DNA of 64,000 nt from a virus, in the IMG/VR virus record IMGVR_UViG_3300028864_000019, positions 47,870 through 111,869 of that record; one strand, written 5' to 3'. Below are positions 45,699 to 54,442 of the stretch, piece by piece. A program made the position numbers and the translations under genes. The stretch's first letter is position 1. The number at the start of each line of letters is the position of its first letter. The notes beneath the pieces are model-generated. The model searched no databases, had not been told where the DNA came from, and was given only the letters and a program-made list of their open reading frames with translations.

Positions 45699-45788
45699 GG
45701 AGAGTTGGCAGAGTGTCCGAATGCACTGGTTTGCTAAATCAGCATACGTTTATTCGTATCGAGGGTTAGAATCCCTCACTCTCCTCCA
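45699..45788 (+). tRNA. tRNA-Ser (GCT), atypical
   Basis: GGAGAGT/ACTCTCC acceptor, CTGGT-TTGCTAA-ATCAG anticodon arm, long variable arm, GAGGG-TTAGAAT-CCCTC T arm, encoded CCA. Confidence 0.88.
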
Positions 45789-46112
45789 AATAAAGCCTTC
45801 AACAGGATTAATGAATTACGATAGTTCTTTGTTAACTGGAAAAGCTTCCGATTATATGAAACTCGAAGTACAAGAGTTTTACCCTATGGGATTAGATGAA
45901 TAGAACATTACGGATAGGGATTAAATATTGTTCCAGATAAGTTTATTGTATAATATACCAATTTATATTATAAACTTAAATGTGCAATATGTAAATAGTA
46001 AAATGAATAGGAAATAAATTAAATATATGATAAAACTCATTGCATGTGATGTTATGAGCTTTTAATGTATTTAAAATTAATTAAAAATTAAAGAGTAAAG
46101 GGAAGATATGAG

Positions 46113-46319
46113 ATGTTAAAAGAAGATGGAAGAATGAGTAATAAAGATAAAAAGAAACAACACAAAAAGTATAAAGATGTTAAATGTAAGAATTGCAAAA
46201 GTAATATAGATATTGATGAAAAAGTGTCTTTGCAGGATTTTGAAAAGATAGGCACAAATGAAGAATATATTTTTTATTGCAATAAATGTGGAGAAAGTAC
46301 AGATATTATAAAGCTTTAG
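46113..46319 (+). CDS. small zinc-ribbon protein
   Basis: CKNC...CNKCG. Confidence 0.55.
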   Translation: MLKEDGRMSNKDKKKQHKKYKDVKCKNCKSNIDIDEKVSLQDFEKIGTNEEYIFYCNKCGESTDIIKL

Positions 46320-46362
46320 AAAACAAATTATGAAAGTAAAATAATAATGAGGGAGAATTATT

Positions 46363-47598
46363 ATGGAAGATGAAAGATATTTAAAATCGGAAATCGAGTC
46401 AAGAGAAAAATATATACATAGAATGTATTCTAACAAAACACAATTTAATATGATTAATAGAGAAATTGCAGAAGTAATTAATCAAGAACTTGGAACTGAC
46501 TTCCAAGAGAGTTATTTCCGTGGTATATATAAAATTTATGAAATTGCGTGTGCTGAATGTTTGGAATCTTTAAAAGGTGATAAAGCAGTAAAAAATAAAA
46601 TAGACGAAGTCACTGAATTGATTGGTGAGTTAGATGTTAAAAAGCAATTAATTCGTAATGATACTAATAAACTTAACAGAATAAAGAAAGACTTTATAAA
46701 GAATATTGAAATTGCAAATTACATAAATGAGTATATTGATAGAGAATGTGAAAACTTTCTACCTTTATCTTATAAAAGAATTGAAGATGAATCAGAAAAA
46801 ACACTAATTTGTTGCATTTCAGATTGGCATATAGGATACATTATTAAGGATTATAGAGGAAATAGTTATAATTATGAAATAGCTAAAAAGAGATTATCTA
46901 GATTCTTATCTGAAATAGAAAAAGAAATACATAAAAATGATATATCTAAAGTTATAGTAGTGCAAGCTGGAGATTTAACTGAAGGAATTTATATGCGTGG
47001 ACAAGATCAATCATATAGTTGTGAATTTAATAGTAATGAACAGATTGTTATGGCTGAGGAATTGCTATATGGATTTATTACAAGTATATCAGAAATGAAG
47101 GTAAATGTAGACTTATATTCAGTAGGTGGAAACCATCAGCGTGGAAACCAAGCTTATAAAGATGGAAATATTGAAGGAGATAACAACAATTATACCATAG
47201 TTAAGAATTTAAAGAAGTGGTTTACTTTAGCTAAGAATGATAGAGTCAACGTTTGTGATATTGATTTTAAAGAAGATTGTGGAGAGTTTGACTTAGGTTT
47301 TGGAGTTATAAAAGTTAAACATGGTGATAAAAGTCCTAAAGAAGATAAGAAATTCTATGACACAGAAACAAGTATGAATAATATAAAGTATGCTATGTTA
47401 ATAAGAGGACATTATCATAATTTTGGTGTAAGTTCACAAAATAATGGTGGGTACGTAACAACTATAGGTTCATTATTTGGTATGAATCCATATAGTGTGG
47501 ACAAACTTCAATGTACAACACATGCAAGTCAAACTCTAATTTTAGTTAACTATGATGGAGTTGAATATATAAGAGATATAAATTTACAAATCAATTAA
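46363..47598 (+). CDS. calcineurin-like metallophosphoesterase
   Basis: SDWHIG, GDLTEG, GGNH, HGD, GHYH. Confidence 0.88.
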   Translation: MEDERYLKSEIESREKYIHRMYSNKTQFNMINREIAEVINQELGTDFQESYFRGIYKIYEIACAECLESLKGDKAVKNKIDEVTELIGELDVKKQLIRNDTNKLNRIKKDFIKNIEIANYINEYIDRECENFLPLSYKRIEDESEKTLICCISDWHIGYIIKDYRGNSYNYEIAKKRLSRFLSEIEKEIHKNDISKVIVVQAGDLTEGIYMRGQDQSYSCEFNSNEQIVMAEELLYGFITSISEMKVNVDLYSVGGNHQRGNQAYKDGNIEGDNNNYTIVKNLKKWFTLAKNDRVNVCDIDFKEDCGEFDLGFGVIKVKHGDKSPKEDKKFYDTETSMNNIKYAMLIRGHYHNFGVSSQNNGGYVTTIGSLFGMNPYSVDKLQCTTHASQTLILVNYDGVEYIRDINLQIN

Positions 47599-47628
47599 AA
47601 TAAAATAAAGGATTAATGGTGAAAAGTT

Positions 47629-48225
47629 ATGGGAGAAGTATATCAACAACGGAATTTATTGCTAGAAGAAATCAAATTAGTAGATTACAAAGATAATAAT
47701 ACACTATATATTGATGATGAAATTACAACTGAATTTATAATAATGTTATCAAGACAATTAAAGAAACTTGCCACTAAACAACTATCATTGAGCAAGGAAG
47801 ATAGAACACCAATAAAATTAATCATAGCTTCTCCAGGAGGAAGTTTAGTTGATGGAATGCATTTTTGTGACCTAATGGAATATTACATTAATAAAGGGAT
47901 AGAAATTCATACATATTGTACAAGCTATGCTTATTCAATGGCATTCAAAATATTTATATGTGGATCTAAAAGATTTGTATATAAGAGAAGTGATTTAATG
48001 TGACACCAATGGAATAGATTTAGATACGGTACTGAGACATATCAAGATACTGTAAATGATAGAGAGCAATGCGATAGATGGTACAAGTTAATAGTTGATT
48101 TAATAACTGAGAAAACAGGTATAACTAAAGAACAATTTGATAGCTATACAAAGAGTAATAAAGACTTTTATATGGATGGTGCTACTGCTTTAAAATTAAA
48201 TGTTGCTGATGAAATAATTATATAA
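47629..48225 (+). CDS. ClpP-like serine protease interrupted by in-frame TGA at 48001
   Basis: IASPGGSL, AYSMA (Ser), SDLM*HQ (His), KDFYM (Asp), ALKLNVADEII; frame stays open to TAA at 48223-48225. Confidence 0.85.
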
Positions 48226-48234
48226 AGGATATAG

Positions 48235-48585
48235 GTGAGAATTATGTGTAAAGAAGAGTTAAATAAAGTTGAAGAAATAGAACCAAATCAGCCTATGGAA
48301 GAACAAGAATATTATAGTAAAGATGAAGTTTTAGATATTATAGAAGAAATAACACCTAGGATTGAAATCAATACTGATGAGTTAAATGGATTTGAATTAG
48401 ACGAAGATATATTTAAAAAAGGTTTGAAAGATATTAGTTTTGCTTGTGGGCAATTTATCGGATTAGTATCTGTAGGAGTAAATAATGCTGATGCTTTTCA
48501 ATATATTCTTAATGAAAGTACAGGTAGAATGAATTTAGAAGCCACAAAAATTAAACAAGATATTCAAGATGATAGTCAAGTATAA
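48235..48585 (+). CDS. hypothetical acidic protein
   Basis: 116 aa ORF. Confidence 0.6.
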   Translation: MRIMCKEELNKVEEIEPNQPMEEQEYYSKDEVLDIIEEITPRIEINTDELNGFELDEDIFKKGLKDISFACGQFIGLVSVGVNNADAFQYILNESTGRMNLEATKIKQDIQDDSQV

Positions 48586-48623
48586 AATAAATTAAATATT
48601 ATAAGTGAGGGAGATAATAAAAA

Positions 48624-49253
48624 ATGCAAGAATTAATTAAAGAAATGATACTAAATTCAGAAGAATCAGGTACAGTATTTATTGGTGATGGCATAGAAAT
48701 TGGTGAAACAGTTTTAGAATTAATGGAAGATGGAGTTCAATTCTGTGAAGCTGATTTTGATTATGTTGAAAATCTAATAGAAGAAAATGATATATTAGCA
48801 ATTGCTAAAAACATTTATGAAGATGGAGAAATAGAATATTTTATAGAAAAAGTCTTCAGTAAAGATGGAGAAACATTAGAAGATGATAGTGATATTGTTT
48901 TTATAGACTCCGATTTAGCTGATTGCATTGATATAAAGAAGTTTTCTGGAATGGTAATGTTAGTTGAATGTACATATGAAAATGATTCAGAAGAAGAATG
49001 TAATTATGACTGCGATAATTGTGAATATAGTGACGACGAAGATTACGAAAAAGAAATTGAAGAAGAAGATACAACAGAGATTTTATTTGAAGAACTTTTA
49101 TCAAGCATTGACGAACTGGATTTAGACAAATACTTAGTTGGAAATATCTATAATTTAATTAAAGATACAATTTCTGATGCTATTGAGATGGGCTACGAAG
49201 AAGGATTCGATGATTGTTTAAAGGACGTTAGAGAAAGTATTGATCATATTTAA
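48624..49253 (+). CDS. highly acidic hypothetical protein
   Basis: 209 aa, very D/E rich, CNYDCDNC motif. Confidence 0.65.
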   Translation: MQELIKEMILNSEESGTVFIGDGIEIGETVLELMEDGVQFCEADFDYVENLIEENDILAIAKNIYEDGEIEYFIEKVFSKDGETLEDDSDIVFIDSDLADCIDIKKFSGMVMLVECTYENDSEEECNYDCDNCEYSDDEDYEKEIEEEDTTEILFEELLSSIDELDLDKYLVGNIYNLIKDTISDAIEMGYEEGFDDCLKDVRESIDHI

Positions 49254-49400
49254 GTTAATAAATTAATATAAAAAGCAGTTAAAAGTAAAATTTTATGTCC
49301 TTATTAGGATTAGGTTGAAATATATCTAGTCCTTTTTATATGTAATTTTAGTTATGCTTATCAAGATGGATAGGTAAATAAAGATTATATAAGAAGGAGT

Positions 49401-50015
49401 TTGATAAAAATGAGTGAGATGAGAGTTTATCAAGACAAAATGTTAAATAGTAAAAAGGAAATTGTAGTATGTAATTGGGAACGAGGAGAAGGAAAAACTT
49501 ATTCTGTGTTTAGGAAGATCATAGAGAATAAGAACGGGAAGTATTTATATATTTCACCATTTTCAAGTAGAATACTACAAGATTATTTTAAAGAATACAC
49601 ATATAAAGAAAGTAATTCTATAAAATTATATAAATCATCTAGAGAAAGGGATTCTATAGAATTTAATGATGGTAACAAATTAGAAGTGTTTTATATTAAT
49701 CCTAATACTCAATTTAAAGCGTGTAGAAATATTGAAATTGCTTTCTTTGACGAATGTTATTTAAATAAAGAATATATTGATAGTATATTAAAACCTATGG
49801 ACGTTAAACAAATATATTGCATGATTACTAATGATAATATTGAATATATAGATAGTAGACAGTCTAAAATTACTCGTAGTAGTTTTTGTGATACTCAAAT
49901 AGAAGAATTAATGATTGAATACGCTGAAACACCTAAGAATAAAAATACAACGTTATCAAGGGAAAATATATTAAAGCAAATTAAAGTATTACAAGATATG
50001 AAGCAAGGTAATTAA
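49401..50015 (+). CDS. stand-alone terminase/helicase-like P-loop ATPase domain
   Basis: RVYQ, WERGEGKT Walker A-like, IAFFDE Walker B. Confidence 0.5.
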   Translation: MIKMSEMRVYQDKMLNSKKEIVVCNWERGEGKTYSVFRKIIENKNGKYLYISPFSSRILQDYFKEYTYKESNSIKLYKSSRERDSIEFNDGNKLEVFYINPNTQFKACRNIEIAFFDECYLNKEYIDSILKPMDVKQIYCMITNDNIEYIDSRQSKITRSSFCDTQIEELMIEYAETPKNKNTTLSRENILKQIKVLQDMKQGN

Positions 50016-50118
50016 TAGATTATTATACTCTACGGGGTTGTCATGCTAAAGCATGATTTGTTGTGGCGTAATCAAAGATTACTTACAACATATAATTAAT
50101 TTAATATGGTTTTAAGGT

Positions 50119-50156
50119 GTCTAGATGAGTTGTTGTCTAGATGAGTTGTTGTCTAG
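50119..50156 (+). repeat. tandem 16-bp repeat GTCTAGATGAGTTGTT x2.4
   Basis: Read directly. Confidence 0.85.
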
Positions 50157-50313
50157 TCTATTTTTAACGTATAATGCTTATTGTTTTTATGATATTTGCC
50201 TATTAGGTGGATAGCTAGAAATAATAAATTAATGTAATAAAGTATTGTAAATTAGTATTCTATATGGTAAAATTATCTTGTAGAATACCTAAAATAAATT
50301 ATATAGGAGGAAT

Positions 50314-50610
50314 TTGAATATGGAAAAAGTTAATTACAAATATAGTCAATCTGAAATGGTAGCTTACTTACTTCTTAATGGTTATACATATAATAATATT
50401 GAGGTGAAAGAAAATAAAAGATATAAAAGTGATTACAAAGTATTTTTTTATATTGAAGGCTATAAAGAAGATTTGATTAAATTGGAACAAGATTTTAAAA
50501 ATAAAACTAATATATGTCTACAAGATTATATCAACAAATTATTACAGATAAAAAGGGTAATAGCTGACGCTATTAGAACTCAAAATAATATGAAGAACAA
50601 AGAAGAGTAA
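50314..50610 (+). CDS. small DUF5659-like protein
   Basis: MVAYLLLNGY...KVFFYIE pattern. Confidence 0.45.
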   Translation: MNMEKVNYKYSQSEMVAYLLLNGYTYNNIEVKENKRYKSDYKVFFYIEGYKEDLIKLEQDFKNKTNICLQDYINKLLQIKRVIADAIRTQNNMKNKEE

Positions 50611-50748
50611 GTTTGTAAAGTGCTGATACAACTAATGTTAAATAAATTAAATATGAGTATTAAGTATGAAAGACTGAACTACATGCAGTATTAACTGTTG
50701 TGATATTCAGTCTTTTGTTGTGCGTAAAAATAAATTTAAGGAGGCATT

Positions 50749-51417
50749 ATGAAGATGCAAAACAATAATATAGGTGAATTAATAAGATATTTTATAATTG
50801 AAGAAGATAGTAAATTTTTAGAAATACAAGGTGGTAGTTTTATTCAGTCTGAAACTGGTGAATTTATAACAAAATCAGAGCATGACAAAATAATACAAAC
50901 TAAATTAGAAAAGTATAAAACAGAAATGTTTGCTACTGCTAATTATGTGTCTAATACTGAATTTGGCATAGAGAATGAACAAAGTTTAACTAAGAAGAAA
51001 GTTAAAAGGAAAAAGAGTGGTAAAGCAAGGGAGAATTTTGATAACGGTGAGTTCAATATAGTTTATAGGAATAAAATTGAGGGAGTGATGAATATGAAAT
51101 TAAATACAAATGAAAAGCTAGTATTTTATATAATGAGAGATTTCATTCAGTATCCTACTAATTGTATTGTAATTAATGATCATATTCCTACTATTAAAGA
51201 ACTAGAACCAATTATAGGATTAACTGAAAGAAGTATAATTACTGCTTTAAAATCTTTGGAAGATAAAAATATGTTAAAAAGAGTTCAATATGGTCATAAA
51301 AAAGCTATTTACATAAATCCAGAATATTATGCTTCAGGGAAAGAACTAGATTTAGATAGTTTGAAGTTATTTGGTTTAGTAAAAATTGATGATGAAAAAG
51401 TTAAAAGTTATTTATAG
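50749..51417 (+). CDS. RepL-like winged-HTH DNA-binding protein
   Basis: PTIKELEPIIGLTERSIITALKSLEDK...IYINPEY. Confidence 0.6.
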   Translation: MKMQNNNIGELIRYFIIEEDSKFLEIQGGSFIQSETGEFITKSEHDKIIQTKLEKYKTEMFATANYVSNTEFGIENEQSLTKKKVKRKKSGKARENFDNGEFNIVYRNKIEGVMNMKLNTNEKLVFYIMRDFIQYPTNCIVINDHIPTIKELEPIIGLTERSIITALKSLEDKNMLKRVQYGHKKAIYINPEYYASGKELDLDSLKLFGLVKIDDEKVKSYL

Positions 51418-51468
51418 AAATAAATTATAAAATAATGAGCTATGTGATATTAGCAATTTAGGAGGAAT

Positions 51469-52830
51469 TTGATTATGGAAATAAGAAAATGTAAAAAATG
51501 TGGACAAGAAAAAGAATTAAACGAGGAAAATTTTTATAAAAACAAAAATGGAAGTTTTGAAAATACATGTAAAGCTTGTAGGAATAAAGCAAAAACAGAA
51601 CAAGAAATTAAATATAGAGAAAAGTTCTATGCTAAAGATGGATATAAAGTTTGCAAATGTTGTAATATTAAAAAAGAGGTATCAGAATTTGGATTATATG
51701 CTAAAGCTAAAGATGGATATTTGTCTAAGTGTTTAAATTGTTCTAATGAGAAAGATACATGGAGTCAAAGGGATAAAGATATTATTATAGCTAATTATAA
51801 TAAATTAATAATCAAAGAGATAATTCCATTGCTTAGCGTTAATCGTACTGAAAAATCTGTATTACATATGAGTAAAAAACTAGGATTATATAAAATAAAT
51901 AATGTAGTAGAAGATTATGACAAAATAAAATATAAAGACATTAAAGGCAAAAGATACAAATTATGCAAGTGCTGTAATGAATATTTACCATTAGAATTTT
52001 TATATTTTCCAAAAGATAATACTTGTAGTGATGGTTTTAGAAACGTATGCAAAAAATGTAAAGGTGAGAACTATGCAATATCTGATTCATACATATGGAA
52101 AGATGAAGAAGTAATAATTATTCAAAATAATTATTCAGATATGACCAATAATGAAATGAAGAATGAATTTTTCCCACATTTAACAATTAATCAAATTATG
52201 GATAAAGCTCATAGTTTAAATTTACATAAAAGTGATGAAAGTAAATTAAGAGCAACAAATGACGCACAAACTGAGGAATGGAGAAATAAAATAAGTGAGA
52301 CTCGACTTAAAAATGGAAAATCAAAAGGCGAAAATAATCCAATGTTTGGTTCTGCAAGATTTGGTAGTTTAAATCCTAATTATAAAGGTGGAATTAGTAA
52401 TATAGAAAATGAATTAAGAAGAAATATTAACCAATGGAAATTAGATAGTATGAAAGAATGCAATTTCAAATGTATTATTACAGGGGAAAGGTTTGATCAT
52501 ATTCATCACTTATATAGTTTTGATAATATAGTTAGAGATACTTTAGAAGAATTAAAATTACCTATATATGAAACTATAAGTAATTATACAGATATGGAAA
52601 TAAAACAAATTATATGTAAATGTACAGAAATTCATTACAGGTATCCATTAGGGAAATGTATGAAAGAAGAATATCATAAAATATTTCATCAAAATTATGG
52701 ATATGGAAGAAATACACATAGTCAGTTTGATGAGTTCTTAATTAGATTTTTTGAAGGAGCATTTGACGAACAGTTAGAAGAACAATATAGAAGTAATAAA
52801 ATATTAAAAAAATTAGAAGTTGCTAATTAA
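51469..52830 (+). CDS. HNH-type homing endonuclease with zinc fingers and NUMOD3-like motifs
   Basis: Repeated CxxC, NPMFG/NPNYKGG, CIITG...HIHH...HKIFHQNYG. Confidence 0.75.
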   Translation: MIMEIRKCKKCGQEKELNEENFYKNKNGSFENTCKACRNKAKTEQEIKYREKFYAKDGYKVCKCCNIKKEVSEFGLYAKAKDGYLSKCLNCSNEKDTWSQRDKDIIIANYNKLIIKEIIPLLSVNRTEKSVLHMSKKLGLYKINNVVEDYDKIKYKDIKGKRYKLCKCCNEYLPLEFLYFPKDNTCSDGFRNVCKKCKGENYAISDSYIWKDEEVIIIQNNYSDMTNNEMKNEFFPHLTINQIMDKAHSLNLHKSDESKLRATNDAQTEEWRNKISETRLKNGKSKGENNPMFGSARFGSLNPNYKGGISNIENELRRNINQWKLDSMKECNFKCIITGERFDHIHHLYSFDNIVRDTLEELKLPIYETISNYTDMEIKQIICKCTEIHYRYPLGKCMKEEYHKIFHQNYGYGRNTHSQFDEFLIRFFEGAFDEQLEEQYRSNKILKKLEVAN

Positions 52831-52877
52831 TTTTGGTGACTTTTTATTATGTAAAAAATTAAGTAGGTGAAAATATA

Positions 52878-54251
52878 ATGGCAGATTTTAAGACAAAAGA
52901 TTTAGATGAGCAGATGAAAGGGAAAACTAGATGTACTAAGTGTGGAACAATACTTAGTAATACAAATAATTTTTACACATCGAGTTCAAAATTACATACT
53001 TATACTGGAAGAGTATCTTTATGTAAAGATTGTTTAACTAATTTTTATGTATCACTTTTAGAAGAAACTAATGATATAAAAATATCAATATATAAAATAT
53101 GTGAGTTATTGGATTTTGTATATCTCGAAGGAATATACAATAGTTCATTAACAGAAGCAGGATGGAATAAAGATTTCACTATAGTACAAAATGGATTAGA
53201 AGTATGGAAAAAATACATAAAAACAATAAATTCTCTTAAAAATTATAAAGGTTATGCTTTTGAACATGGAGATAAAATTGATTTAGGAATGAGTATTGTT
53301 GAGGATGATACTACCAAAGAAAAAGAAAATAGCTTAATTATATCTAAGCCTAAAGAGTTTACTGACGAAGAAATTGAACAACGAGTAAGAGATAAACAAA
53401 ATAAAGAAGATATTATTAGAATAATCGGATATGATCCTTTTCAGAATGAAATAGAAGAAGATAAATCAAAAATGTATGCCAAGTTGATAAATATGCTAGA
53501 TGAAGATAGTCAAAATGATGAGCTTAAAAATAGTGCAATAATAAGTATTATAAAAGGTCAAAATCAAGAAAATAAAATAAATGATGTTATAACAAATTTA
53601 AGTTCTGATATAAAAAGTATAAAAGACAATATTGGAACTATTAAAAGCTTAACCGACACTAAAGAAAAACTAAATAAAAGTTTATTGGCTTTAGCGAAAG
53701 ACAATAAGATTAGTGATTTATATAGTGGTCATAAAACAATCGGTGCAAATACATTAACGGGCATGGTTAAAAAGTTAAAAGAAATAGATTTAAAAGAAGC
53801 ACAAGTTAATTTATTTGATATTCAGACTTCTAATGGTATGTTACAAACAGCAAGATTATCCGCAAAAGCAATTGTAGAAAATCTTAATTTTGGCGATGAT
53901 GATTTAATAGATATGGTAAAATTCCAAAACGAAAAAATAAATTTTTATGAACAAGAATACAGTAAATTAAGAGAAGAAAATAGAAAATTAAAGGCGATTT
54001 GCTCTTTCAATGATGTAGATTATAAACAAGATGTTTTAGAAACAGATTATTATGATGTTTTGGACTACGGAGACATAAAGGATGGACAAGACTCTATTCA
54101 AAAGCAGAATTATAAAGAAGACCAAATAAGTTTTAATAATATGGTTGAGGAAATAGTACCTATTGACACTATGGAGCATATTGATAAGGTTATTAAAAAT
54201 AAAAAAGAAATTGAAAAACAAAAAATATTGAATAGTGTTATAAGTGAATAA
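52878..54251 (+). CDS. putative terminase small subunit / packaging accessory protein
   Basis: N-terminal CTKC..CKDC; directly upstream of the large terminase. Confidence 0.5.
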   Translation: MADFKTKDLDEQMKGKTRCTKCGTILSNTNNFYTSSSKLHTYTGRVSLCKDCLTNFYVSLLEETNDIKISIYKICELLDFVYLEGIYNSSLTEAGWNKDFTIVQNGLEVWKKYIKTINSLKNYKGYAFEHGDKIDLGMSIVEDDTTKEKENSLIISKPKEFTDEEIEQRVRDKQNKEDIIRIIGYDPFQNEIEEDKSKMYAKLINMLDEDSQNDELKNSAIISIIKGQNQENKINDVITNLSSDIKSIKDNIGTIKSLTDTKEKLNKSLLALAKDNKISDLYSGHKTIGANTLTGMVKKLKEIDLKEAQVNLFDIQTSNGMLQTARLSAKAIVENLNFGDDDLIDMVKFQNEKINFYEQEYSKLREENRKLKAICSFNDVDYKQDVLETDYYDVLDYGDIKDGQDSIQKQNYKEDQISFNNMVEEIVPIDTMEHIDKVIKNKKEIEKQKILNSVISE

Positions 54252-54442
54252 GCGAAGCTTCAAAATTAGTGGGTATTAGTAGAGATAAATTAAGATTGTT
54301 ATTAAATGATAATAATAATAATAATAGTGAATAGGCATTTAAATAAAAAAATATGTTTCAATAACTGAAGGCATGGTAACATGTCTTTTGTTGCGTTTAA
54401 GCAAACTTTATTGATATAAGAAGGAGGTGAATTAAATTCATT

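Noticed and set aside
45721-45903. 60 aa ORF
   Set aside because: Overlaps the tRNA-Ser gene.
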